Positions 8,918-19,080 of a DNA stretch of 64,000 bases are shown here, one piece after another (position 1 is the stretch's first letter; each line of letters starts with the position of its first letter). The notes under the pieces are model-generated. The model did no database searches. It was not told the origin of the DNA and was given only the letters and a program-made list of their open reading frames with translations. This stretch comes from Clostridia bacterium (GTDB taxonomy: Bacteria > Bacillota > Clostridia > Oscillospirales > UBA644). The translations under genes were made by a program, and so were the position numbers. Where the stretch lies: NCBI GenBank assembly GCA_017623475.1, contig JAGAPC010000004.1, positions 30 to 64,029 on the forward strand, read 5' to 3'.

Positions 8918-9388
8918 ATGAGCAACAACTGCTACGTCAGTATCACGAATCAGCAACGGAAGGAGCGCACCCCCAAGGCGCTGAAGGATCTGATCCGTGC
9001 CACCGTCAACGCCGTGTTGACTTACGAAGGGGTCGGAGTGGAAAGCGAAATGTCGGTGCTTTTGGTGGACGATAAGGCGATTCGGGAATTAAACCGTGAT
9101 TTTCGGGAGATCGATCGGGCAACCGACGTTCTTTCCTTTCCCTCCGGAGAATATCCGCTTTTGGCGGGTGCTGATTATTTGTACGTCGGCGATATGGCGC
9201 TTTCCTTGGAGCGCGCCCGAAAGCAAGCGGAGGAATTCGGTCATACATACGAGCGTGAGGTAGCGTTTCTTACGGCCCACTCGGTTCTTCATTGTCTCGG
9301 CTACGATCACGTGGACGGAGGGGAACAGGAGAAGGATATGTTTACCCGGCAGGAAGCCATTTTGCAAGGAATGGGGTTGAGCCGATGA
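8918..9388 (+). CDS. ybeY: rRNA maturation endoribonuclease YbeY
   Basis: Zinc motif HSVLHCLGYDH. The ATG at 8918 lies just after the phoH stop; the upstream part of ORF 8777 overlaps phoH. Confidence 0.9.
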   Translation: MSNNCYVSITNQQRKERTPKALKDLIRATVNAVLTYEGVGVESEMSVLLVDDKAIRELNRDFREIDRATDVLSFPSGEYPLLAGADYLYVGDMALSLERARKQAEEFGHTYEREVAFLTAHSVLHCLGYDHVDGGEQEKDMFTRQEAILQGMGLSR

Positions 9389-9846
9389 TTGAAATGTTCA
9401 AAGGAATTTTCCGTTCCTTCGGATACGCCTTTCAGGGAATTTTCCGTACCATCCGTGAGGAGCGAAATTTCCGAATTCATATCGTCGCCGTTTTCCTGGT
9501 CACTTGGTTCGCGTTTCTTTATGAAGTCACCTGGGGACAAGCGGTGGTGCTTGTGATTCTCTTCGGAATGGTTTTGTCTTTGGAGTTGATGAACACTGCC
9601 GTCGAACACGCCGTTGATTTGGCGATCTCAGAACGTCATCCCTTGGCAAAAAAGGCAAAGGACGCTTCTGCCGGCGGAGTTCTTGTGGGGGCAATCGTTT
9701 CTGTCATCGTAGCGGTTCTCACCTTCCGGGATCCGGCGCATTGGTCCTTTGTTTTACAAAAAATAACAACGCCAATCGGCATAATTTCCCTCGTAATTTT
9801 TGTTATTCTTGCCTTGTTTTTCGTTCGGGGAAAGAACCGTAAATAA
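9385..9846 (+). CDS. dgkA: Diacylglycerol/undecaprenol kinase
   Basis: Three TM helices and the ELMNTAVEHAVD motif. The start overlaps the ybeY stop (ATGA). Confidence 0.85.
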   Translation: MIEMFKGIFRSFGYAFQGIFRTIREERNFRIHIVAVFLVTWFAFLYEVTWGQAVVLVILFGMVLSLELMNTAVEHAVDLAISERHPLAKKAKDASAGGVLVGAIVSVIVAVLTFRDPAHWSFVLQKITTPIGIISLVIFVILALFFVRGKNRK

Positions 9847-9863
9847 ATTTAGTGAGGTAGTTT

Positions 9864-10745
9864 ATGAAAACTGCATTTGTTTCCATTATCGGTCGCACCA
9901 ACGTGGGGAAATCCACGCTGTTAAACGCAATTTTAGGGGAAAAAATCTCGATCATCTCGGACAAGCCCCAAACCACGCGGAGCCGGATCGTCGGAGTTTA
10001 TAACGCCGAAGACGTTCAGATTGCGTTCCTCGATACTCCCGGATTTCATCGCCCCGAAAACAAATTGGGCGCACGCATGATTGAAGTGGCGGAAGAATCC
10101 ATCGGAGACGTGGATCTGGTCTTATTCGTTGCCGAATGTCGCGCTCCCGGCTCTATGGAACGGGACGTGATTAAAAAAATTCAGTCTGCCGGACTGCCTT
10201 GCATTTTGGTGTTAAACAAGATTGACAAAATTCGCAAGGACGAAATTCTTAAGGTTATTTCCGCATACGCGGAATTGCACGAATTCGATTCCATCGTTCC
10301 CATCAGCGCGTTGCAGAAAGATGGGGTTAAGATCGTATTGGAGGAAATTCTCAAGCACGTAGAAGAATCTCCCGTCGTATATTATCCCACCGATGCAGCC
10401 ACCGACCGGTCGGAACGGTATCTGGCAAGTGAATTGGTTCGAGAAAAGCTCCTTCGGAATCTTCGGGAGGAGGTTCCCCACGGAACTGCCGTTGAAACGG
10501 TGTTGTTCAAAGACCGGGCAGACGGAAACCTCACCGAAATTTACGTCAACATTATTTGTGAGCGTGATTCTCATAAAGGCATTATCATCGGCAAGCAAGG
10601 TGCGATGCTGAAAAAGATTGCAACCGAAGCCCGATCCGAAATTGAGAATTTGTTAGGCAGAAAGGTCTATCTGGAATGTCGCGTCAAAGTTAAAGAAGAT
10701 TGGCGCAACAACGAAAATCTGATCAACGAATACAACGAATTTTAA
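9864..10745 (+). CDS. era: GTPase Era
   Basis: G1 GRTNVGKS, G3 DTPG, G4 NKID and a C-terminal KH domain. Confidence 0.95.
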   Translation: MKTAFVSIIGRTNVGKSTLLNAILGEKISIISDKPQTTRSRIVGVYNAEDVQIAFLDTPGFHRPENKLGARMIEVAEESIGDVDLVLFVAECRAPGSMERDVIKKIQSAGLPCILVLNKIDKIRKDEILKVISAYAELHEFDSIVPISALQKDGVKIVLEEILKHVEESPVVYYPTDAATDRSERYLASELVREKLLRNLREEVPHGTAVETVLFKDRADGNLTEIYVNIICERDSHKGIIIGKQGAMLKKIATEARSEIENLLGRKVYLECRVKVKEDWRNNENLINEYNEF

Positions 10746-10755
10746 GGAGTTTTTT

Positions 10756-11475
10756 ATGGAAGTGGTCACCGACGGAATCGTTTTGAAGGCCCGCCCCTAC
10801 GGCGAACGGGATATGATTCTGACCCTTCTGACCCCGGAGCACGGCAGGATCACCGTTCTTGCCAGATCTGTGGGGAAGAACAAGAAGCAATCGGTTTTGT
10901 ATGCGCAGAATTTCGTTTTTTCCCATTACGTGCTGTTCAAGGGAAAGGGAATGTACGTCGTCAATTCGGCGGACGTGGAAGAATCTTTCTACGGTCTTCG
11001 GCAGGACATTTCCCGCTTGGCACTTGCGCAGTATTTCGCAGACGTTGCCGCAAAAAGCGGAGAAGAAAACGATGCCGCCGCCCTTTGCTCACTGCTTTTA
11101 AATTCTTTGTACCTCTTGAGTTCCACCGAAATTGACGAACGGCTGATCAAGTTGGTTTTTGAAACGAAATATTGCATGATCGAGGGTGTTTTCCCGGAGG
11201 TACTCTGTTCCCGATGCGAAAAAGAACCGGTCAAATGGTCGTTCAAAGACGGCTTTTGCTGTGAAGATTGCGGAAACGGATATCCCATCACTCCGGGTAT
11301 GATTTCCGCCTTACGGCATATTTCAAAAAATGAAGGAAAGAAAGCGTACTTATTTTCCATGAACGAAGATTCCGTTCACTACCTGTCGAAGCTGTTGTCC
11401 GATTACGTTTCTTTCGTTACCGATACGGATTTCCCCTCGCTGGAATATTACCGTTCTCTTCGAATTTCACTCTGA
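10756..11475 (+). CDS. recO: DNA repair protein RecO
   Basis: 239 aa with an N-terminal OB-like region and a Cys4 zinc site (CSRC...CEDC). The conserved position after era also fits. Confidence 0.88.
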   Translation: MEVVTDGIVLKARPYGERDMILTLLTPEHGRITVLARSVGKNKKQSVLYAQNFVFSHYVLFKGKGMYVVNSADVEESFYGLRQDISRLALAQYFADVAAKSGEENDAAALCSLLLNSLYLLSSTEIDERLIKLVFETKYCMIEGVFPEVLCSRCEKEPVKWSFKDGFCCEDCGNGYPITPGMISALRHISKNEGKKAYLFSMNEDSVHYLSKLLSDYVSFVTDTDFPSLEYYRSLRISL

Positions 11476-11488
11476 AAGGTTCATCGCT

Positions 11489-13840
11489 ATGGATGAGTTG
11501 ATCCCTCTTGAATATCCTAAAATTCTCGACCGTCTTGCGGTTCACGCCATTTCCGATCCCGCAAAAGAAATGTGTCGGGATTTAAAACCCTGCGAAACCC
11601 TTGCCGATGCCAAAAAAGCGTTGGAGGAAACCGACGCCGCTATGACGATTTTGCAGCGGTACGGCGCTCCGTCCTTTTCCGATCTGAAGAATATCGTTTC
11701 TTCCGCGCGTCGGGCACAGAACGGTGCAACCCTTGCCATTTCCGAGCTGATTGCTATTGCGGATCTTTTACGCATCGTCCGCGGATTGGGGGAGAACCGC
11801 CCTTCGGAAAGCGGGGCATTGAGCGAATATTACAATCTCCTCGTTTTCGATCCTACTCTGGAAAGCAGCATCAACGCCGCGTTTCCTTCTCCCGAAGAGG
11901 TGTCCGACGCCGCATCACCCACCCTGCGGGATATCCGCCGCAAGCAGTCCGCCGCACGGACGAAGATCCGAAACGTCTTGGACAGTTATCTCCGTTCTGC
12001 CGGGCAATACCTCCAGGACGCCATCGTTACGATCCGTAACGACCGTTACGTGTTGCCGGTGCGCGCAGAGTGTCGCAACGACGTCCCCGGCTTGGTTCAC
12101 GATACCTCGTCCAGCGGCGCTACGGTTTTTATTGAACCGATGGCAGTGGTCAATGCAAACAATGAAATTGCCGTTCTTATGGCGGAAGAGCGCCGCGAAA
12201 TTGATAAGATTCTGATGTCCTTTTCCCAACAGGTCGGGGATCGGGCAGATTGGATCGTCAACGATTTTAAAACCGTTTGTTTTTTTGACTTTTGCTTTGC
12301 AAAGGCTCGATACGCTACGGAAATTTCCGCCTTTAAGCCCAACCTTACCGACGACGGCGGAACGGTTTTAACGGCCGCCCGCCATCCTCTTATTTCAAAG
12401 GACAAGGTAGTTCCCATTGACGTGTCCATCGGAAAAGATTATTCCGTTCTAATCGTTACCGGTCCGAATACCGGCGGAAAAACCGTTTCCTTAAAAACTC
12501 TGGGGCTTGCCTGTCTGATGGCAAAATCCGGATTGTTCGTTTGCTCTAAGGAAGGTTCTCCGATTGCCTTTTACGACCGTATTTTTGCCGATATCGGGGA
12601 CGAGCAGAGTATTGAACAGTCCCTTTCTACCTTTTCTGCCCACATGACCCATATCATTTCGATTTTAGGTCAGATTACGGATCGTTCCTTGGTTTTGTTG
12701 GACGAGTTGGGAAGCGGAACCGACCCCTCCGAAGGGGCGGCGCTTGCTATGTCGATTATCGAATCCATTCAATCTATGGGCGCTAAAGTGATGTGTACTA
12801 CCCACTATGCGGAGCTGAAGCTTTACGCCCTGCAAACGCCGGACGTGGAAAACGCGTCCTGCGAATTTGACGTTTCCACGTTGCGCCCCACCTACCGTTT
12901 GATTACCGGAATTCCGGGGAAATCCAACGCATTTGCCATCGTGCAAAAATTAGGGATGGACGATTTGGTGATCGAAGGCGCAAAATACCATTTGGATCAC
13001 GAAACGGTCAAATTAGAAAGCGTCCTTGCGGATCTGGAAACGACCCGAAAAACCTTGGAATACGATAAAAAGCAGGCGGAAGAAATGCGCTTTGAGGCAC
13101 AATGCGCTTTGAACCGCGCAAAGGCAGAACGGGAAGAGCTGGAAGCAAAAGCCCAACTGCAGCTGGAAGCCGCAAAACGAAAGGCCGCCGAGATCGTTGA
13201 CCAGGCACGTCGGGATACCGACCGTCTTTTGGATGAAATTGACGAACTGCGGAAAGCAAAGGATCGGGCAGATTTCCGGGAAAGGGTCGGTGCTGTAAAA
13301 AAATCCACCGCCGAAGCATTGGATCAAATGGAGTCTGCCGTTTCTCCGAAAAAAGAGAGAAAACCGTTGCCGCGTCCGTTGCGGGTTGGAGATACGGTTA
13401 AAATTATATCTCTTGGAAAAACCGGAAGCGTTCTTGCTCCTCCGGACAATAAGAAGCAAGTTGCGGTGCAGGTTGGGATCATCAAAACGAAGATCAACCT
13501 GGATGATCTTGAGCTTGTAGAACAAAAAGCGAAGATTCCCCAACAACCGCAAGGGAAATCGGTTTATTCCCTTGGGCGGGATACCAGAGATGCTTCCAAT
13601 GAAATCGACATTCGGGGAATGAATCTTTTGGAGGCAGAGCCGGTAGTGGAACGGTTTATTGACCAATGCCGCCTGTCGGGACTTACCACCGTCAGCATCA
13701 TTCACGGAAAAGGAACCGGCGCGTTGCGTCAAGGGGTTCACGCCATGCTCCGAAAGGATCGCGGGGTGGAATCCTTCCGTCTCGGGGTTTACGGCGAAGG
13801 GGAGACCGGCGTTACGATCGTTACGCTGAAGCAGGGATGA
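11489..13840 (+). CDS. mutS2: Endonuclease MutS2 (Smr domain)
   Basis: 783 aa with Walker A GPNTGGKT, a long coiled coil and a C-terminal Smr domain (IIHGKGTGALR). Confidence 0.95.
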   Translation: MDELIPLEYPKILDRLAVHAISDPAKEMCRDLKPCETLADAKKALEETDAAMTILQRYGAPSFSDLKNIVSSARRAQNGATLAISELIAIADLLRIVRGLGENRPSESGALSEYYNLLVFDPTLESSINAAFPSPEEVSDAASPTLRDIRRKQSAARTKIRNVLDSYLRSAGQYLQDAIVTIRNDRYVLPVRAECRNDVPGLVHDTSSSGATVFIEPMAVVNANNEIAVLMAEERREIDKILMSFSQQVGDRADWIVNDFKTVCFFDFCFAKARYATEISAFKPNLTDDGGTVLTAARHPLISKDKVVPIDVSIGKDYSVLIVTGPNTGGKTVSLKTLGLACLMAKSGLFVCSKEGSPIAFYDRIFADIGDEQSIEQSLSTFSAHMTHIISILGQITDRSLVLLDELGSGTDPSEGAALAMSIIESIQSMGAKVMCTTHYAELKLYALQTPDVENASCEFDVSTLRPTYRLITGIPGKSNAFAIVQKLGMDDLVIEGAKYHLDHETVKLESVLADLETTRKTLEYDKKQAEEMRFEAQCALNRAKAEREELEAKAQLQLEAAKRKAAEIVDQARRDTDRLLDEIDELRKAKDRADFRERVGAVKKSTAEALDQMESAVSPKKERKPLPRPLRVGDTVKIISLGKTGSVLAPPDNKKQVAVQVGIIKTKINLDDLELVEQKAKIPQQPQGKSVYSLGRDTRDASNEIDIRGMNLLEAEPVVERFIDQCRLSGLTTVSIIHGKGTGALRQGVHAMLRKDRGVESFRLGVYGEGETGVTIVTLKQG

Positions 13841-16215
13841 AGCACGCGTCGTTTACCGCCGCCGTCTCCTTGTTCTGCGGTGCGTCGTTCTTTTGGACGG
13901 TTCCTCAAGCCTTTTTACCCGCAACGTGGATTCTGCTTGCGCTCGTTCTTCTTGCAACGGTGTTGTTTTGTATCCATCGGACAAGATGGTTACGAGATAT
14001 TCTTTTTACCTGCGGTTGTCTTTTGGCTTCTGCACTTTTGTTGTGGATTCCGGTTTCCGATTATTATAACACAGCAGAAGAATTTGACGGGAAAACCCTT
14101 ACCGCTACCGTGATTTTAACGGAAGATCCGATTCCGACCTCCGGCGGAAGCAACCAATACGTCGTTCGTCCGGAAAAGGAATTGTTCTCTTATAAATTCC
14201 TTTTCTTTTCTTCGACGCATTACGCCAACGCGGGAGATTCCATCACCGCAACCTTTACGTTTGAAAAGCCGACAGAGGAATTTTTGTTGAAAAACATTTC
14301 CGACGGCGTCGTTTTAACTGCTTATATGGATTCTTATTCGGAGGCAGTTGCGGTAACCGAAGGAAAAACCTCCTTTTATTCCGTGTCCGGAGGCGTGCGC
14401 CGCTACGTCCATAAGACCTTTCTCCGCTTCATCGGGGACGACGAAGGGGGATTTATGACGGCGGTGCTGACCGGAAATAAAACGACGTTATCTGCACGGG
14501 ATTATTCGGCCCTTCAGCAGACCGGAATGTTACATATCGTTGCGGTTTCCGGGTTACACGTTTCGATTTTCGTGTCTTTCGTTCTTTTTTTCCTGAAAAA
14601 GTTAAAAAATCTGCGGATAAAGATTCTCGTTTCCGTGCTTTCGCTTGGTATTATTCTCCTGTTTTCCGGATTTACTCCCTCCGTTTGCCGCGCAATTATC
14701 ATGAATCTTATCGTCTTTGGCGGCGAGTGGTTTGCGGCGCGGACGGATTCCTTGAACCGTTTGGGAATTTCGGCGATCTTGATCCTTCTCGCGTCTCCCT
14801 ACACGGCGTTGTCCTTATCCTTTCAGTTGTCATTTTCCGCCACGTTGGGAATTTTACTCTTTTCCGCCCCTTTCACGCAGACGGTTCAACAATGGCTGTT
14901 CGTTCACCATCACGTTATTTGCGGAAGGGTATTGCGAAATCTGATTTCGTTGTTCTGCGTTTCCCTTGCCGCGTTTATACTGACGTTGCCGTTGCTTTGG
15001 TTTTTGCTGGATTCCTATTCCACGTGGTCCTTATACCTGTCGCCGGTGGTTTTGCCGGTATTACAGATCTGTTTTTCGTTATCTCTGCTTCTGCTAATCC
15101 TTTCCTTCGTGCCTTTTCTTGCGACGTTGTGCAAAGGTCTTGGAATTTTGATTCGATTCGGGGTGAAATTTATGACGTATCTTTCCAATTTTGCCGCTTC
15201 CGTGATGGATATGGTAGAGACGATTCCCGACTCCTTACTGTGGGTCGTTGCCGGGATTGCATTGATTCTTGCGGGGCTTCTGTTCTTTCTGCCTGCCGTA
15301 AAGGGATCGTCAAAGCGAAGAAAACGGCAAATGATGCGGAGAGGATTCTCCCTCGTTTTGGCGGTGGTTGCCCTGCTTACCGCGTATCAAGCCTCGGAAT
15401 CGGTTTTTTCCGATCTTACGGTTGGAACCGTTGCTCCCGCAGAAAACGTACTGCAAACGGCGTTTCTTGACGTGGGGCAGGGGAATTGCTTCGTTACCCT
15501 TTTAAATAAAGAAGCCTACGTCGTCGATTGCGGTGGAACGAAAGATCCCGGTATCGTCGCCGCCGATTATCTGACCGCTGCCGGGATTGATACGGTAAAG
15601 TTCGTTTTGATTTCCCATCTTCACGACGATCACGCCAACGGATTGAGTGATCTTTGCGCCGAAAAAGAAATTTTGGAGATTATCATCCCATATACGGAAG
15701 GGGACGCCGCCCTTTATGCGGAGATCGTAGCCCTTGCCGCGGAAGAAGGAGCCGTTCTGACGGTCGTTGAAGAAGATACGAGCCGCACCCTCGGAACGTC
15801 AACGCTGCGGTTGCTGACCAAACATCTGGATCCTACGTCGGACGATCAGAACGAGAATTCCATCGTCGGGCTTTGTGAATATGGGAATTTTCGCGCCTTG
15901 TTTACCGGAGATATTACTTCGAAGGCGGAAAAACGATTGGTATCTGCTTACGGAAACGCGTTGGATTGCGACGTTTTGTCCGTTCCCCATCACGGGTCGA
16001 AATCTTCCTCCTCGACCGCCTTTTTAAATGCTTGTTCTCCGATTTACGCAGTAGTTTCCGTTGGTGCAAAAAATACCTACGGTCATCCCACCGAAGAAGC
16101 GATGAATCGGATTTCCGATACCGGTGCAACTTTGTACCGCACCGATAAGCTTTCCACGGTTGCGGTGCGCACCGACGGGGAAAAGATGGAGGTGTTATCT
16201 GACGATGAGTCTTGA
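13837..16215 (+). CDS. comEC: DNA internalisation competence protein ComEC/Rec2
   Basis: Polytopic competence domain plus a C-terminal metallo-beta-lactamase domain (HLHDDHANG, PHHGS). The start overlaps the mutS2 stop (ATGA). Confidence 0.85.
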   Translation: MKHASFTAAVSLFCGASFFWTVPQAFLPATWILLALVLLATVLFCIHRTRWLRDILFTCGCLLASALLLWIPVSDYYNTAEEFDGKTLTATVILTEDPIPTSGGSNQYVVRPEKELFSYKFLFFSSTHYANAGDSITATFTFEKPTEEFLLKNISDGVVLTAYMDSYSEAVAVTEGKTSFYSVSGGVRRYVHKTFLRFIGDDEGGFMTAVLTGNKTTLSARDYSALQQTGMLHIVAVSGLHVSIFVSFVLFFLKKLKNLRIKILVSVLSLGIILLFSGFTPSVCRAIIMNLIVFGGEWFAARTDSLNRLGISAILILLASPYTALSLSFQLSFSATLGILLFSAPFTQTVQQWLFVHHHVICGRVLRNLISLFCVSLAAFILTLPLLWFLLDSYSTWSLYLSPVVLPVLQICFSLSLLLLILSFVPFLATLCKGLGILIRFGVKFMTYLSNFAASVMDMVETIPDSLLWVVAGIALILAGLLFFLPAVKGSSKRRKRQMMRRGFSLVLAVVALLTAYQASESVFSDLTVGTVAPAENVLQTAFLDVGQGNCFVTLLNKEAYVVDCGGTKDPGIVAADYLTAAGIDTVKFVLISHLHDDHANGLSDLCAEKEILEIIIPYTEGDAALYAEIVALAAEEGAVLTVVEEDTSRTLGTSTLRLLTKHLDPTSDDQNENSIVGLCEYGNFRALFTGDITSKAEKRLVSAYGNALDCDVLSVPHHGSKSSSSTAFLNACSPIYAVVSVGAKNTYGHPTEEAMNRISDTGATLYRTDKLSTVAVRTDGEKMEVLSDDES

Positions 16216-17197
16216 AAAGCTTAAGAGAGATATAGAATCGAAGAACTTCCGCCGATTTTACTATTTCTGCGGATCGGAACCGTATTTAAAGCGGTTTTAT
16301 CTGAACTCTTTGATTTCTTCCATCCTTCCCGACAGTACGGACACCGATCTGCACCGTTACGAAGGTAAAGGGCTTGACGTTGATTCGTTTTCCGAAGAAT
16401 TATGGCTTTGTTCCTTGGGAGGAATGAAGATTCTTTTGATTTCCGATCTTCCCGCCTCGTCTCCGGTTGCGGAATTTTTGGCGAGTGACGATTGTGACGT
16501 TCCGGAGGACACGGTTGTAATCGTTTATCAGCAAACGGAAACCCCGGATTCCCGCGCCGTTTCTTACAAGAATTTGAAGGCTCGCATCGAACGCGACGGA
16601 CTCTTCCTGGAAATTAAAACCGTTGACGACGCAACCCTTTCCCGTTGGGTCACCCAGCAATTTCAACGGCGGAATTGTTCCATTTCTCCTGCAGAGGTAT
16701 CCTACTTTCTTTCTGTGGAAGAACGGAATATGGAATCCATGCTGAAGGAAATTGAAAAAATTTCCACCTATTGCAACGGTCCGGTAACCAGGGATGCGTT
16801 GGAAAAGCTGTGCGTCAAAACCGTTCAGGCACGGGCGTATGAATTGAACGATTATATTTTGGCAAAAAATGCGGATCGGGTTTTTTCGGTTTTGAACGAT
16901 TTGCGGGCGTTACGCACTCCGCCGCAAATGATTTTAGGCTCACTCTTTTCCTGTTTTGCCAATTTATATAAGCTTAAGGAATTGGAGCGTTTTTCGGAAG
17001 AGGTTCGCGCTGCGGAAACCGGTTTGCAACCCTTCGTTGTGCGCAAATATTCCCGAAGTCTTTCTTCCATTTCGTTGGAGCAGTTGGACATGCTTATGTC
17101 TTTTTGCTCGGGAATTGACGTGTTGTCCAAATCGTCTTCTTCAGACGCGGATTTGTTGGTGGTTCAGTTGCTGACGAAAGCGTTGGAGGTTTTATGA
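16205..17197 (+). CDS. holA: DNA polymerase III delta subunit
   Basis: 330 aa. The delta-subunit-like N-terminal pattern and the conserved position directly after comEC fit. The start overlaps the comEC end. Confidence 0.75.
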   Translation: MSLEKLKRDIESKNFRRFYYFCGSEPYLKRFYLNSLISSILPDSTDTDLHRYEGKGLDVDSFSEELWLCSLGGMKILLISDLPASSPVAEFLASDDCDVPEDTVVIVYQQTETPDSRAVSYKNLKARIERDGLFLEIKTVDDATLSRWVTQQFQRRNCSISPAEVSYFLSVEERNMESMLKEIEKISTYCNGPVTRDALEKLCVKTVQARAYELNDYILAKNADRVFSVLNDLRALRTPPQMILGSLFSCFANLYKLKELERFSEEVRAAETGLQPFVVRKYSRSLSSISLEQLDMLMSFCSGIDVLSKSSSSDADLLVVQLLTKALEVL

Positions 17198-17772
17198 TTC
17201 ACGTTGACCGCGTTATCGTCGTAGAGGGGAAGTATGACCGCATCGCCCTTTCGAAAATCATTGACGGTGTTATCGTGGAAACCGGTGGTTTTGGGATTTT
17301 TTCCGATCATCAAAGGTTGGAAATGATCCGTACTCTTGCCAAAGAGAAAGGATTAATTCTCTTAACCGATTCCGACCGATCCGGGATGGCGATTCGGAAT
17401 TACTTGATCGGCGCCATCGGTCCGCAGTACATCCAAAACGCCTACATCCCCGATTGCTACGGAAAAGAAAAGCGCAAGCTGCATCCTTCCTCGGAGGGAA
17501 AATTAGGGGTTGAGGGAATGAGTGAATCTACCCTCTTATCCATCCTAAAGTTTGCCTCCGCACCGAAAAACACGGAAAAAGAGCCGATTACCAACGCGGA
17601 TCTGTATAACGCGGGGCTGCTCGGAAATCCCGAAAGCAAAAGAATGCGGATGAAGTATCAGCAGGCGTTGGGGCTTCCGGCACACTTGTCTCCGCGAAAG
17701 TTTTCCGAAATTCTGAATCTTCTCCGTTCTCGGGAAGAATTTTTACGTGAAATAGAGGAGTTATTACGATGA
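17194..17772 (+). CDS. Toprim-domain protein (RNase M5-like)
   Basis: Toprim acidic motifs VVEGKYD and LLTDSDRSG. The protein is 192 aa and its start overlaps the holA stop. Confidence 0.7.
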   Translation: MIHVDRVIVVEGKYDRIALSKIIDGVIVETGGFGIFSDHQRLEMIRTLAKEKGLILLTDSDRSGMAIRNYLIGAIGPQYIQNAYIPDCYGKEKRKLHPSSEGKLGVEGMSESTLLSILKFASAPKNTEKEPITNADLYNAGLLGNPESKRMRMKYQQALGLPAHLSPRKFSEILNLLRSREEFLREIEELLR

Positions 17773-18968
17773 ATTACGAATTTATCGTTCCCATGTCAAA
17801 AAGTGAATTTTCCGCTTTTACAGAATCCTTACCCCATTGTAATTTCATGCAAAAGCCCCAATGGGCGCAGGTTAAAAATGCGTGGCAAAGCGTTCTTTGC
17901 GGATTGAAAAAAGAAGGGGAGACGGTTGCCGTTGCCCACCTTTTAATCCGCCGCCTGCCTTTGGGGCAGAAATTGATTTACGCTCCCCGGGGAATTTTAA
18001 TGGACTATTCCGACCGCGAAAGCCTTGCCCGTTTTACGGAAGAACTGAAGGACTACGCCAAATCCGTCGGCGCGTACATGGTTCGTATCGATCCCGAACT
18101 GATTCTTTCCCGAAAATATCAGGGGCAGGAGGTTTGCGACGAGCTTGGTTACGATTGTTTAAAATCCCTGACCGATCAAGGATGGAAGCACATGGGCTTT
18201 GCAACGGACTTTCATTCTTATACCCAACCCCGCTATAATGCGGAATATCCCTTGAAGAAAGAGGGGAATCCGGTCAACGACGAAGAAATGCTGAAGGGCT
18301 TTGATAAAAAGCTCCGCAAATTCATCGGTCGCTACACGGAAACGCGGGGGATCTTTTTTACCCACGGCAATTCAGAGGAAGATATCAAATTGTTTTGCGA
18401 AATTTCCTCACATACGGAAGAGCGTCAACACATTCTCCTGCGTGATCCCGCCTACTTTATCCGGATGAAAGAAGCCTTTGGCGATGACTGTATGTTTTTC
18501 TTTGCCAAGATGGATCTTCGGAAATTTTTGGAATTTCTGGATTCTCAACCCCAGGACGAACAAACCCAAAGGGATCGGGCAGAAGCGGAAAAATGGCTGG
18601 AGTTCGGGGAAATTATTCCCATGTCCGCGCTTCAGATGATTCGCAGTAACGATACGGCGTATCTTTTGTACAGCGGGTTTGACGATCGGGTATTCCCCCG
18701 GTTTCGGACTACCAATCAGATTCGCTACGAAGCAATGAAATATTTCCGGGATCAAGGCTGTTCTACCTTTAGTTTTATGGGAATCCGCGGGGATTTAAAC
18801 GATCCCCTTTCCGATTTTAAACTGAAATTCAATCCCACGGTAATTGAATACGTGGGAGAATTGGAATATCCGGTCAAACCGCTTCAATATCGGTTTATGA
18901 CCAAATTCCTACCCTTCGCGAAGCGCTGGTATTTGCGCCTTGCACGGTTGCTAAAAGGGAAAAAATAA
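17769..18968 (+). CDS. FemAB-family peptidoglycan interpeptide-bridge aminoacyltransferase
   Basis: 399 aa with a two-GNAT-lobe pattern and central helical insertion typical of FemA/FemB/FemX (from memory of the family). Confidence 0.78.
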   Translation: MNYEFIVPMSKSEFSAFTESLPHCNFMQKPQWAQVKNAWQSVLCGLKKEGETVAVAHLLIRRLPLGQKLIYAPRGILMDYSDRESLARFTEELKDYAKSVGAYMVRIDPELILSRKYQGQEVCDELGYDCLKSLTDQGWKHMGFATDFHSYTQPRYNAEYPLKKEGNPVNDEEMLKGFDKKLRKFIGRYTETRGIFFTHGNSEEDIKLFCEISSHTEERQHILLRDPAYFIRMKEAFGDDCMFFFAKMDLRKFLEFLDSQPQDEQTQRDRAEAEKWLEFGEIIPMSALQMIRSNDTAYLLYSGFDDRVFPRFRTTNQIRYEAMKYFRDQGCSTFSFMGIRGDLNDPLSDFKLKFNPTVIEYVGELEYPVKPLQYRFMTKFLPFAKRWYLRLARLLKGKK

Positions 18969-18981
18969 CATAATAAGGTTG

Positions 18982-19020
18982 AAATAAATGTTGAGTGCTT
19001 GCTCAACATTTATTTTATAT
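18982..19020 (+). terminator. Rho-independent terminator ending the yqfC-femAB block
   Basis: 14-bp perfect stem AAATAAATGTTGAG / CTCAACATTTATTT with a 6-nt loop and a T-rich 3' side. Confidence 0.7.
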
Positions 19021-19023
19021 AAA

Positions 19024-19057
19024 AATCTGTCTCCCGGGGTTATCCGAGAGACAGATT
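19024..19057 (-). terminator. Rho-independent terminator of the malic enzyme gene
   Basis: 10-bp stem AATCTGTCTC / GAGACAGATT, followed by TTTT on the minus strand. Confidence 0.7.
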
Positions 19058-19080
19058 AAATTTTCTTATTCGTTTTTGCA

